Source of the DNA: Myxococcota bacterium
GTDB taxonomy: Bacteria; Myxococcota; JACRCW01
Assembly (NCBI GenBank): GCA_040752415.1
Contig: JBFMGU010000087.1
Coordinates: 1-38,494, forward strand
DNA length: 38,494 nt
Reading direction: 5' to 3'
Of the stretch, positions 16,731-25,635 are shown piece by piece (positions within the stretch are counted from its first letter, which is position 1; each line of letters opens with the position of its first letter). The translations under genes and the position numbers were made by a program. A model generated the notes under the pieces. The model was not told where the DNA came from and did no database searches. It saw only the letters and a list, made by a program, of their open reading frames with translations.

Positions 16731-18533
16731 ATGCGCGGCATGAATTTCGTGGTGTTCCTGACGGTCGCGGCGGCTGCGTGGTGGGCTCCTCGTGACGCCC
16801 TCGCGTGCGGCGGCACGTTCTGTGACGGCAGTGGCCCCACGCCCATGCCGGTGGACCAGACCGGCGAGAACGTCCTCTTCATCCAGGACGGGCCCGCCAT
16901 CGAGGCGCACATCCAGATCCAATACACCGGCGAGCCGCAGCGCTTTGCGTGGGTCGTCCCGGTGCCGGCCATCCCGGAGTTCCGCGTGGGCTCCGACCTG
17001 CTCTTCCGCGAGCTGCTGCGCGCCTCCGCTCCGTCCTACGTGAACCGGCCGATGCCCAACGAGGTCTGCGCGGAGACGTTGACTCCGTGGTTGCTCGCCG
17101 CACCGTTGATGCTCCCGCTCCTCCCCGTGCTTGGCGCCTACGGGCTCATTGCCCTGCCCTGGGTGATTGGGGCGTTGACGCCGGGATGCGCCGCGGAAGC
17201 GGACGCCGCCCTCCTGGAAGGTGAGAACGTTGGCGGGTCGGCCGAGGTGGTCTTCCAGGACAGCGTGGGCGCGTTTGACATCACCGTGCTCAGCGCCGGC
17301 ACGGCGGAAGAGGTGGCGCGCTGGCTCAGCGACAACGACTACAACGTCCCCATCCAGGCGCGCCCCATCCTTGCGCAATACGCCCGGGAGAACTCCCTCT
17401 TTGCCGCGGTCAAGCTGGTGAGCACCGCGCAGGTCGACGAGATCCATCCGATTGTGCTGCGTTACGCATACGGTGTTCCGTGTGTCCCGCTGCGCCTCAC
17501 CGCCGTGGCGGCCGCATCCAACATGGGCGCGCGCACGTTTTTCCTGGGGCAGGCACGCACGGTGCCCCGGACCTACCGTCACGTCGTGGTGAACCCCGCG
17601 CAAGTAGATTGGCTGAACGCGGGTGCCAACTACATGGACGTGGTTTCGCGCGCGGTGGACGAGGGCGACATCGAAGGGCAGGCGTTCCTCACCGAATACG
17701 CGGGCAGCAGCTCGGTGGTTCTCGTCAACAACTTCTACTGGTGGGACCGCGTGAGGACGGGACCACCGGAGGATGCGGATGACGCGGTGGGCTTCCTCGA
17801 GGCCAGGGGGCTGATGACCTGCGGCACGCGCCCCTCGCCTGGTGCCATGGTGCCCCCTGTCAGCGTCACGGGAACCACGCCGGAGAACAGCTGCACCTTC
17901 TACCATCCGCTGGTGCGTGGCCTGTTGCAGGATCATCTCCCGCCACCATCCGGCGTCACGGAGCTGCAGTACTGGAGCAACGCCCGTGCGTATCCATCCC
18001 ACGCGGCATTCAACTCCGACGCGTTCCTCCAGGACTATGAGGATCGCATCAACACGCCCGCGCGTCGTGCCTTGGCACTGGTGCGGGACCACGGCCATCT
18101 CACGCGCCTGTTCACCACCATCTCACCGGAGGAGATGACGGTGGACCCGGAGTTCCACGAGCGGCCCGACCTCCCCGACGTGCCGAACATCCTCACGGCC
18201 ACCTCGGTGAGGCGCTGCGACGGCTTCACCACCTTCACGCTTCCCGACGGGCGCACGGTGGAGGTTCCCCCGGGCAGCGCGTGGCCGGTGTTCGGCGAGA
18301 AGATGCCCTGGGCCATGCGCGTCGAGGACATCTCGGACCCCGTTGAGTTGCTGACGCTGTCCTCGCGGGAGACGGACGTGGATGCCGAGTTGGCCACGTG
18401 GAACAAGCAGCGACAGACGTCCGTCAGCCCGCAGAAGTGCGCATGCACCCAGCCACGTGACGACTTCGCGTGGCCGACGACGCTGCTCGCGTTCGCTTTC
18501 GTCGTGGCTCGTCGGAGGCTTCGTTCATGTTGA
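16731..18533 (+). CDS. DUF2330 domain surface protein with MYXO-CTERM-like tail
   Basis: ALACGGTFC, VDQTGENVLF, IQIQYTGEPQRFAWVVPVP, PLRLTAVAA, LTRLFTTISPEEMTVDPEF; C-terminal CAC..hydrophobic..RRR; AGGAGG RBS. Confidence 0.88.
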   Translation: MRGMNFVVFLTVAAAAWWAPRDALACGGTFCDGSGPTPMPVDQTGENVLFIQDGPAIEAHIQIQYTGEPQRFAWVVPVPAIPEFRVGSDLLFRELLRASAPSYVNRPMPNEVCAETLTPWLLAAPLMLPLLPVLGAYGLIALPWVIGALTPGCAAEADAALLEGENVGGSAEVVFQDSVGAFDITVLSAGTAEEVARWLSDNDYNVPIQARPILAQYARENSLFAAVKLVSTAQVDEIHPIVLRYAYGVPCVPLRLTAVAAASNMGARTFFLGQARTVPRTYRHVVVNPAQVDWLNAGANYMDVVSRAVDEGDIEGQAFLTEYAGSSSVVLVNNFYWWDRVRTGPPEDADDAVGFLEARGLMTCGTRPSPGAMVPPVSVTGTTPENSCTFYHPLVRGLLQDHLPPPSGVTELQYWSNARAYPSHAAFNSDAFLQDYEDRINTPARRALALVRDHGHLTRLFTTISPEEMTVDPEFHERPDLPDVPNILTATSVRRCDGFTTFTLPDGRTVEVPPGSAWPVFGEKMPWAMRVEDISDPVELLTLSSRETDVDAELATWNKQRQTSVSPQKCACTQPRDDFAWPTTLLAFAFVVARRRLRSC

Positions 18534-19387
18534 GTGCGCTTGCACTGTGGCTTTGTCTGGCCGCGCAGGAAGACGGCGCCGCAACCCCACCTCCGGAGGA
18601 ACCCGCGGCCACCACGACGAGCGCGGCCACGAATGAAGACGCGGCGGCACCCGCGGAACCCGGCGCGGCGGAGAGCTCCGCGCTGGCCCCCACGGAGCCA
18701 CCGGCGACGACGGAGGAAACACCGGAGGCCCTGGACGCACCCGCCGCGCCGTTGAACAATCCTTCTCCGGGCGCACGTGGCCCGGACCTCGTCGGAACCT
18801 TGTACGCGGTGATGGGCGGTGGGCTGGGACTGTTGCCCTGGTTGCCGACGTGGAGCGTGTGCTGCACCGCCAGCGCGCTGATGGCCGCGGCGTACCCGTT
18901 GTCGCGTGGGAACCCGGCCACGTCCGCCAATCCGCTGTGGGTCTACGCCTGCTACTACGGCGTCGTCATTGGCATGGTGGGGTGGGTGATGGCGCTGGTT
19001 GCAGCGGGGATTGGCAGCCTGTGGGCGGGCGGCGGTGTTGCGGGCGGCGCGGGCCTCGCAAGCCTGCGCGGAGGCACCTTGCCACGACGACGAGGAATTG
19101 CCATGGGGGCGGGAGTCCTGGCGGCTGCGCTGCTGATGCCCGCCGCGGTGATCCTGGCGGCCCTGAGCGGGTTCCTGCCCTGGGCCGCGGTGCTCACGTG
19201 GGTGCAGACCACGGGAAACCTCCCGAGCACGGGCTCGTGGGCGTACACGCGCTGGTTGCTCCTCAACGCGGTGTTCATGTCCGCGGTCGTGGCGGGACTG
19301 GGACTGCTGGGAATGAGCGCGGGTGTTCCGCTCGTCGGCGCGCTTGGGGCCTGGTCGCTGACGTCGTGGCTGCTCCCGTCTGAGTGA
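18527..19387 (+). CDS. Hypothetical exported/membrane protein (Pro/Glu/Ala linker plus several hydrophobic helices)
   Basis: MLSALALWLCLAAQE signal, low-complexity linker, Gly-rich hydrophobic segments; overlaps the upstream stop codon. Confidence 0.6.
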   Translation: MLSALALWLCLAAQEDGAATPPPEEPAATTTSAATNEDAAAPAEPGAAESSALAPTEPPATTEETPEALDAPAAPLNNPSPGARGPDLVGTLYAVMGGGLGLLPWLPTWSVCCTASALMAAAYPLSRGNPATSANPLWVYACYYGVVIGMVGWVMALVAAGIGSLWAGGGVAGGAGLASLRGGTLPRRRGIAMGAGVLAAALLMPAAVILAALSGFLPWAAVLTWVQTTGNLPSTGSWAYTRWLLLNAVFMSAVVAGLGLLGMSAGVPLVGALGAWSLTSWLLPSE

Positions 19388-19459
19388 ACCCGGACCGTGC
19401 GGATGGGACCTTCGGGCGTTGTCACCGTTCAGGACTGTTGCTGAGCGGAGGACACGGCC

Positions 19460-19861
19460 GTGGAGCTGGCGTGCACGACGCTGCTGCTGTTTCCGCTGGT
19501 ACCCCTGGTGAACCCGGCCCAGGACTCGCGACCGCGTTTCTGGCTGATGGCGTCGTTGGTGTTCCTGTTGCTGGGCGCTCTGTTCCGTCGCCTCAATGTT
19601 GAGTCCGAACAGATCGAGCCAAAGCGGTATTTCAGACCGCACTCCCAAAGCGCCGGCCGCGCCCATCCCATTGGGCGGAGAAGCCGGCACGCAGAGTTTC
19701 CCGACGAGCAGCCGCGGTGCGGGCGATCCGAAGAAAGCGCACTCGCGGCGCCCGCACCTTTGGGAGTGCGGTCTGAAATACCGCTTTGGCTCGGGCTGTC
19801 CGGGCGCACCGGAGCTCCTCCATCTGTGAAAGAACTTCTGGCCAGGTACTTGGCTCTCTGA
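19460..19861 (+). CDS. Small hydrophobic protein whose 3' half is a REP doublet
   Basis: GGAGGA RBS 7 nt before GTG; two hydrophobic segments in the first 45 aa; frame stays open across the inverted repeat. Confidence 0.4.
   Translation: MELACTTLLLFPLVPLVNPAQDSRPRFWLMASLVFLLLGALFRRLNVESEQIEPKRYFRPHSQSAGRAHPIGRRSRHAEFPDEQPRCGRSEESALAAPAPLGVRSEIPLWLGLSGRTGAPPSVKELLARYLAL
19615..19793. repeat. Perfect 36-bp inverted repeat (REP doublet)
   Basis: CGAGCCAAAGCGGTATTTCAGACCGCACTCCCAAAG (19615-19650) is the exact reverse complement of 19758-19793. Confidence 0.9.
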
Positions 19862-20082
19862 GGTCGATGTCTGGCCGGTTGAGATTGGCCACAACCGTGG
19901 ACCCGCCGACGATGTCGGCAACGCCCACGCGGCGCACCGGTTCGCGGCGTTCTGGGACGCTGAACTCGCGCGCGCTCTGCCCAGTGCCACAATGTCAGCG
20001 CCCACGCCTCTCGTTCCCCTCGCTGTGCCACTCTGCACCGCGTCGCCGCCTGTTCACCGCCTGCTCCCGACGGAGAACCCGG

Positions 20083-20098
20083 TGGCACGCGGGTTGAA
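20083..20098 (+). promoter_or_regulatory. Candidate sigma54 promoter for gspG
   Basis: TGGCACG-CGGG-TTGAA: perfect -24 box, and -12 has GA instead of GC. Confidence 0.4.
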
Positions 20099-20186
20099 GC
20101 GTGCACTCCGCATCACACGCAGCACCTTCCAACACGCCTGAATCCCCAGGCGCGGGGAGCAGTGTTGCCTTGGTGCGGAGGAAGAC

Positions 20187-20615
20187 ATGCAAACACGCAG
20201 GAAGCACCGACGTCGGGTGGCGAGGGGAATGACCCTGATCGAGATCATGGTTGTCATCACGCTCCTGGGCTTGATCGCGGCGGCCGTGGGCGTCAGCGCC
20301 ATGGGAGTCATGACGGACGGGCAGCGGAGCGCTGCGCGGACGCAGGCCATGGAGCTCGCCAAGGCCGTCGATACCTACAAGGTGATGTTCGGTCGCTATC
20401 CGTCGACGTCGGAGGGCCTTGCCGTGCTCACCGCGTCGCGCAGCGGCGGTGCTCCCATCCTGGAGCGCGTTCCACGGGATCCCTGGGGCGGTCCGTACGA
20501 ATACGTCATCCCGGGCGCCCGGAACGCGTCCAGGTTCGACGTCCGCAGCAAAGGCCCCGACGGCCAGGAGGGCGGCGGTGACGACGTGGGAAACTGGCCG
20601 GAGGAGGAACGATGA
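20187..20615 (+). CDS. gspG: Type II secretion major pseudopilin GspG-like
   Basis: Class III signal ARG|MTLIEIMVVI with E5; GRYPSTSEGL, DPWGGPYEY, SKGPDGQEGGGDD. Confidence 0.88.
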   Translation: MQTRRKHRRRVARGMTLIEIMVVITLLGLIAAAVGVSAMGVMTDGQRSAARTQAMELAKAVDTYKVMFGRYPSTSEGLAVLTASRSGGAPILERVPRDPWGGPYEYVIPGARNASRFDVRSKGPDGQEGGGDDVGNWPEEER

Positions 20616-21163
20616 TGCGCGGCATGCTCTCCTCCGCGGCGTCCGGCATCCGGATCGCTGACCTCGACTCGCAGGCCCCATGCCCGCACTGTCGAGGCGC
20701 ACTGTCCATTCACGAGGCCGCGCACTTCGTGGGAATCGCGCTCTGTCCGTATCCTGCGTGCGGTCGTCGTCTCGTGGTGGAAGTCACGGAGCGGGATGCG
20801 AACGGAGGACCGCTGGAGTTCCAGGTGCGCAGCACCGCGGGCTACGTGGCCGCCGTTCGCCCGCTGGGAACAACCCGCGAGCGGCGCTGGATCCCCATCA
20901 GCCTGCTGATGGCCACGTTGACGTCGGGGGTCCTGGCCTGGTGCGGCTTTCGCGTGGCGACCATCCCCCACCTTCCCTGGTCCAAGCTCGGCGCACTGTT
21001 GGGACTTTCCGTCGTGGCAAGCGTGTCCTGGTCGACCGTGGCCACGGCCTGGGCCGCCGACAAGTGGATGCGGGCCTTCCTGTGGCGACGCGGTCTCGTC
21101 ATGGAGGCGCCCAGTGCCAGGCTGTCGCCAGGTGCGACCGTCGGTGGTGGGCGGCTGCCCTGA
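20612..21163 (+). CDS. Hypothetical membrane protein with N-terminal Zn-finger-like Cys pairs
   Basis: CPHC..CPYPACG followed by two TM-like segments; ATGA overlap with gspG. Confidence 0.55.
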   Translation: MMRGMLSSAASGIRIADLDSQAPCPHCRGALSIHEAAHFVGIALCPYPACGRRLVVEVTERDANGGPLEFQVRSTAGYVAAVRPLGTTRERRWIPISLLMATLTSGVLAWCGFRVATIPHLPWSKLGALLGLSVVASVSWSTVATAWAADKWMRAFLWRRGLVMEAPSARLSPGATVGGGRLP

Positions 21164-21178
21164 TGCGCCGATGGCCCT

Positions 21179-21736
21179 TCAGCGCCGGAGGTGCGCCTCC
21201 ACCCACGCCGCGTAGGCGTTGATGAACTTCTGCAACAGCTCGCGCACCTTCGGGTCGCTCACCTTGCCTTGCGCGTCGAGGGCGTTGTGGATGTGTCCCA
21301 GGTACATCTCCGGCTGCTGCATGCACGGCACGTTGAGGAACACCAGGGACTGACGCAGGTGGTGGTTGGCGCCGAACCCGCCCACGCTGCCTGGCGACGC
21401 GCTGATCACCGCACCCGGCTTTCCCTCCCACGCACTCTGTCCGTAGGGCCGTGACGCAATGTCAATGGCGTTCTTCAGCACTCCCGGCACGGAGCGGTTG
21501 TACTCCGGCGTGGCAAACAGCACGGCGTCCGCCGCCTTGATGCGCGTCTTGAAGGCCACGGAGGCCGCGGGAGGATTGGCGTCGTCGTCCTGGTTGTAGA
21601 GCGGGAGCTGCCGGATCTCGACGATCTCCAGCTTCAGGGAGGACGGCGCCAGCTCCATGAGCGCCTGCGCGACACGACGATTGAACGACTCCTTGCGAAG
21701 ACTCCCAACCAGCACGGCGACGTCACGGATGGCCAT
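21179..21736 (-). CDS. NAD(P)H-dependent FMN reductase (ChrR/YieF-like)
   Basis: LVGSLRKESFN, ATPEYNRSVPGVLKNAID, SRPYGQSAW, GGFGANHHLRQSL; start placed at MAIRDV with AGGAG RBS. Confidence 0.93.
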   Translation of the reverse strand: MAIRDVAVLVGSLRKESFNRRVAQALMELAPSSLKLEIVEIRQLPLYNQDDDANPPAASVAFKTRIKAADAVLFATPEYNRSVPGVLKNAIDIASRPYGQSAWEGKPGAVISASPGSVGGFGANHHLRQSLVFLNVPCMQQPEMYLGHIHNALDAQGKVSDPKVRELLQKFINAYAAWVEAHLRR

Positions 21737-22246
21737 GGTGCACTCCTGGGTCGGCAGGTCATGGTCAAGACGCCGGTGCGCGCCACGACCTCCTGCGTAC
21801 TGATGTCGCTCGACCATCACGGGCACAACCGGCCGACAACGCGGACCGCACCACGGACGCTTCACCCGTTGAAGACCAGGTTCGCCAGGATGCGCGTTTC
21901 CACGTCGACAACCTGGAACCGGCTGGACGGAGGGCCGACGCGTCTGCGGGAATGGCCCGGGAGAACCCGCTGGAAACGCAGTTGGGTTTTCCGTTGCACG
22001 GCCAACGTTTGTCTCCTATTTGGCTGCGCCATGCTCCACCGCCCCAACATCGACGACCGCGAACGATTCCACCACGACGCCCTCTGGACGCCGACGCACC
22101 GTCAGTCCGTTTCCCGGACCCAGCAGGTGCCGCGACCGGAGTGCCGTGGGATTGACCAGCTCGCCGCGTCCGACGTGGCCACCACGACGATGCTCCCCAC
22201 GCTGCAGCGCGCGCTGGGCCGCAACCCGCGCTGAGGAAGACCGGCC

Positions 22247-22654
22247 ATGGCGTATTTCCTCGTCAAGAGCGACCCGGAGACCTACGGGCTCAGCGAGCTC
22301 GAGCGCGACGGGAAGACGGTGTGGGACGGCGTCAAGAACCCCACCGCGGTGCGTCACATCCGCTCCATCAAGAAGGGCGACAAGGTCCTCATCTACCACA
22401 CCGGCGACGAGAAGGCGGTGGTGGGGCTGGGTCGCGCGGTGGGTGACGGCCGTCCCGACCCCAAGGACGAGAAGCTCGCGGTGTTTGACCTGGAGTTCCT
22501 GGCGCGCGCCCAGGAGCCGGTCACACTCAAGACCATCAAGTCCGACGCCGACACGAAGGACATGGACCTGGTGCGCATCCCGCGCTTGTCCACCATGGCG
22601 GTGAGCGAGACGGCGTTCCGTCGCATCTGCGCGCTGGCGGGCCTCAAGGCCTGA
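22247..22654 (+). CDS. EVE domain (PUA-like) protein
   Basis: YFLVKSDPETY, WDGVKN, GDKVLIYHTG, PVTLKTIK, PRLS. Confidence 0.92.
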   Translation: MAYFLVKSDPETYGLSELERDGKTVWDGVKNPTAVRHIRSIKKGDKVLIYHTGDEKAVVGLGRAVGDGRPDPKDEKLAVFDLEFLARAQEPVTLKTIKSDADTKDMDLVRIPRLSTMAVSETAFRRICALAGLKA

Positions 22655-22755
22655 ATCCCATCCGGCGCCGTACGGTTGCACGTTGCCGCGGCGGGTCCTA
22701 TGCCGCTGGCCCAATCATCATGTCCCGCCCCGGGACGACTCGTGGAGCACTTGGA

Positions 22756-23823
22756 ATGCGCGCCATCCGCAGCACCGGACCCCTCCTCCTCCCTCTCTGC
22801 CTGCTGGTGACCGCGTGTCCCGACGGACAGACCACCGGAAACGGAGAATCCGACGGCGGCCGCATCATCCTCACCGGGTCCAGCTCCAGCAGCTCGTCGA
22901 CGGGCGGCGCGGGCAGCTCGTCGTCGTCGGGCGGGGTGGGTTCCTCCAGCAGCACCAGCAGCGGTGGCACAAGCTCCAGCGCCAGTGGCTCCACCGGAAG
23001 CGGCAGCGGAAGCGGGAGCACCAGCGCCACCGCGTCGTCCTCGTCGAGCGCCAGCAGCACGTCGTCGTCTTCCTCGTCCAGCGGGGTGGTGGAGCCGCCG
23101 GCGTACGTGTTTGCGCACAGCCAGGACACGCTGTTCCGCCTGGACGCGGAGGCGCTGACGCGCACCACGCTGGGCCAGTTTGATTTCCGCGACGAGAACG
23201 ACGGCACGCTGGACGCCGCCATGACCGACCTGGCCGTGGACGCGGAAGGCTTCATGTTCGGCGTGGGCCAGGTCTACGAGAACCCCACCACCTATGCGCT
23301 GTTTCGCATTGAGAGCCCCACCTGGCGCGCGGTGCGCATCGCGGAGCTGACCGAGAACTTCGTGGGCCTGACCTTCGTGCCCATTGGCGTGCTCTCCCCC
23401 ACGGAGGAGCGGCTGGTGGGCGCCACGCGCTCCGACGGCGCGCTCTACGAGATCGACATCACCGACGGCACCACCTCGTACCTGGGCGCCTATGGCGGCG
23501 GCTGGGTGACCAGTGGTGACATCGTGGCCATTGCCAATGACGGCATGTACGCCACCGTGAAGGACGAGGCGGAGCTGCCCGACTACCTCGCCCGCATCGA
23601 CACGACCACGTGGCAGGCCACCATCATCGGCAACGGCATTGGCACGGAGCGCACCTGGGGCCTCGGGTACTGGGGTGGCACGCTCTACGCGTTCAACCGT
23701 GACGGAAAGATCTTCGCCATCGACCGGACCACGGGGCTGGGCTCGCAGATCCAGGTGGATGCCACCGTCGAGTACTGGGGCGCCGGCGTGACCACGTTGG
23801 CGAAGACCACGCCGGACAACTGA
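22756..23823 (+). CDS. Lipoprotein with Ser/Gly linker and beta-propeller-like domain
   Basis: Lipobox VTAC; poly-Ser linker; YVFAHSQDTLFRLD, MTDLAVD, SGDIVA, WGLGYWGG.LYAF, YWGAGVTT. Confidence 0.8.
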   Translation: MRAIRSTGPLLLPLCLLVTACPDGQTTGNGESDGGRIILTGSSSSSSSTGGAGSSSSSGGVGSSSSTSSGGTSSSASGSTGSGSGSGSTSATASSSSSASSTSSSSSSSGVVEPPAYVFAHSQDTLFRLDAEALTRTTLGQFDFRDENDGTLDAAMTDLAVDAEGFMFGVGQVYENPTTYALFRIESPTWRAVRIAELTENFVGLTFVPIGVLSPTEERLVGATRSDGALYEIDITDGTTSYLGAYGGGWVTSGDIVAIANDGMYATVKDEAELPDYLARIDTTTWQATIIGNGIGTERTWGLGYWGGTLYAFNRDGKIFAIDRTTGLGSQIQVDATVEYWGAGVTTLAKTTPDN

Positions 23824-23945
23824 GCACGGTCGACGGTGCCACTCCCGGCCGCGTGCAGGGTCGTGGCGTGGTTTGGCGGGGAGGGCGTGCACGGTGGGCC
23901 GCGGAAGGCTCGCCCGGGCCGGCGGGGGGTGGGCCCGGAGGCGCC

Positions 23946-23976
23946 TTCATACTTGTTACCTCCCAACATATCATGT
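23946..23976 (+). promoter_or_regulatory. Candidate sigma70 promoter with overlapping palindromes upstream of the XRE gene
   Basis: TTCATA-N17-TATCAT (23946-23974) in an AT-rich patch; TGTT-N7-AACA (23954-23968) and ACAT-N3-ATGT (23966-23976). Confidence 0.45.
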
Positions 23977-24034
23977 CTGAAGACGGTCCGGGACCCTCCC
24001 CCCGCGGCGTCCGGATCATGACGACGAGGCTTCC

Positions 24035-24397
24035 ATGGAGAACTTTGGCAGGCGGATGCGGGTCTTGCGGACGGAGGCGGACCTCACGCAGGAGGAGCTG
24101 GCCACGCTGGTGGGCGTCAGCCCCCTCACGATCAAGCGATATGAGTCGGGTGATTCGCAGCCCTCGATGGATGTGCTGCCGCCGTTGGCCAATGCGCTGC
24201 GCGTGACCCTGGACTGGCTCGTCCACGAAAGTGACGAGGAGACCGTGCACGACCGGGAAGTTCGTCAGCGTTTCTGGGAGGTGGCGCGGTTTGACAAGGA
24301 GTCGCGCAAGGTGGCGCTCGCGGTTCTGGACGCGCTGATCCTGCAGCACCGCACCAAGCTCAAACAGCAGGCCGCGGCGGAACGAGGGAAGCGCTGA
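24035..24397 (+). CDS. XRE-family HTH transcriptional regulator (RstR-like)
   Basis: FGRRMRVLR..LTQEELATLVGVS..IKRYESGDSQPS..LANALRVTLDWLV; C-terminal VLDALILQH. Confidence 0.9.
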   Translation: MENFGRRMRVLRTEADLTQEELATLVGVSPLTIKRYESGDSQPSMDVLPPLANALRVTLDWLVHESDEETVHDREVRQRFWEVARFDKESRKVALAVLDALILQHRTKLKQQAAAERGKR

Positions 24398-24513
24398 TCT
24401 TCAGGAGGACACCGTGCTGCGCCTTCCCAACCCCAACACCCTCTCGTGCGGCGCCACGCCACGGTGAGGCAATCACGCCGCGACCCTCGAGGGCGGGCGT
24501 CGACGGTGGCCGC

Positions 24514-25470
24514 TCACAACGGCGTCGGCGGCACCACCAGGGTGGTGACCCAGCCATCCCGCACCAGCACCGGCACGCGGCCGATCATCACACCGCCCGC
24601 GACGCGGGTGGCGCTGATAAACGTGAAACCGGTGGGCACGTTGAAGAAGCCCACGGTGCCGGTCTCGTCGGTGGCGGTGGCATTCTCGTTGGGGATGTTG
24701 TTCTCCAGGTACGCCCAGCTGGTGACCACGTCCATGGACTCCAGGTTGAACGTCACGCCCGCCGCGCCGTCACCCGCGCAATTCTCGACGAGCGCGCCCA
24801 CGTGACCCCGACTGGGCTTGATGTTGTCCGCGCCCGCCAGGCGCGCCACCAGGTCCAGTTGCTCATGGGTGAACACGCCTACCAGCCACGACGAGGTGTT
24901 TCCCGTCGGCGGCGGATACAGGTGCACGATGGTGGGCACGCGGTCGCCCGCGGTCAGCTCGATGTGACCGGCGAATCCGTGGTCCTCGGCGAGCGGCAGG
25001 GTCAGCGTGACCTCGCCAAAGGAGTCCGTCTCCCCGGTCTGCAGCGGCGTCTCGCAGTCAAAGTCATTCTCGGCGCACAGCGTGACGGTGACGCCCTCCA
25101 CGTTGGTGTCGGCGATGTAATCGAGCGCGCGCACGGTGATGGTGGTGCTCGGGACCTCGGGCGGCGGCCAGCAGACGTGGCCCAGGCACTCCCACGGGTT
25201 GCCGGAGCTGGAACCGGTTCCCACGCTGGAGCTGGAGCTCGACGACGAGGACTGCGGTGTGCACGCCGGAAAGCCGGTCCATGCCGGGCCACCCGTGCTG
25301 CTGCTGGAGGAAGTGCCGGTTCCTCCCGAGGACGAGGACGCGGTGGACGTCACGGTGACCCCCGGCGTCAACGGAGCGCCACCGCCGGGGCCACCACCCT
25401 CGGAACCCTCCGAGCTGCTGCAGGCCACCGCTCCCGCCATGAAGACCAGGCCAATCACCGCTGCGCGCAT
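24514..25470 (-). CDS. Lipoprotein with Ser-rich linker and carboxypeptidase-regulatory-like beta-sandwich domains
   Basis: Lipobox AVAC; WECLG; GVTVTLC..DC..GETDSFGEVTLTLP; ATDETGTVGFFNVPTG. Confidence 0.75.
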   Translation of the reverse strand: MRAAVIGLVFMAGAVACSSSEGSEGGGPGGGAPLTPGVTVTSTASSSSGGTGTSSSSSTGGPAWTGFPACTPQSSSSSSSSSVGTGSSSGNPWECLGHVCWPPPEVPSTTITVRALDYIADTNVEGVTVTLCAENDFDCETPLQTGETDSFGEVTLTLPLAEDHGFAGHIELTAGDRVPTIVHLYPPPTGNTSSWLVGVFTHEQLDLVARLAGADNIKPSRGHVGALVENCAGDGAAGVTFNLESMDVVTSWAYLENNIPNENATATDETGTVGFFNVPTGFTFISATRVAGGVMIGRVPVLVRDGWVTTLVVPPTPL

Positions 25471-25635
25471 GGTGCACCCCAGGACCTTTGTCCACGTCGT
25501 ACCGCAGGCCATGCGCGCTCGGAAGGGTCACGCTTTGATCGGGAAAACCCCATGCGCCGCTCCGGGCTCCATCCCCGTCGCCGCGAACTCGTCGGCCCTT
25601 TCGGTGGTACTCCGACGGGCACAGCGCCCGCTCCC

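Noticed and set aside
21740..22240. 500-bp gap with short ORFs (e.g. 22031-22234), a RILANLVFNG fragment resembling a kinase N-box, and a small hairpin near 21964-21990
   Set aside because: No RBS, family motif or riboswitch consensus can be supported, so the evidence is too weak for a CDS, pseudogene or ncRNA call.
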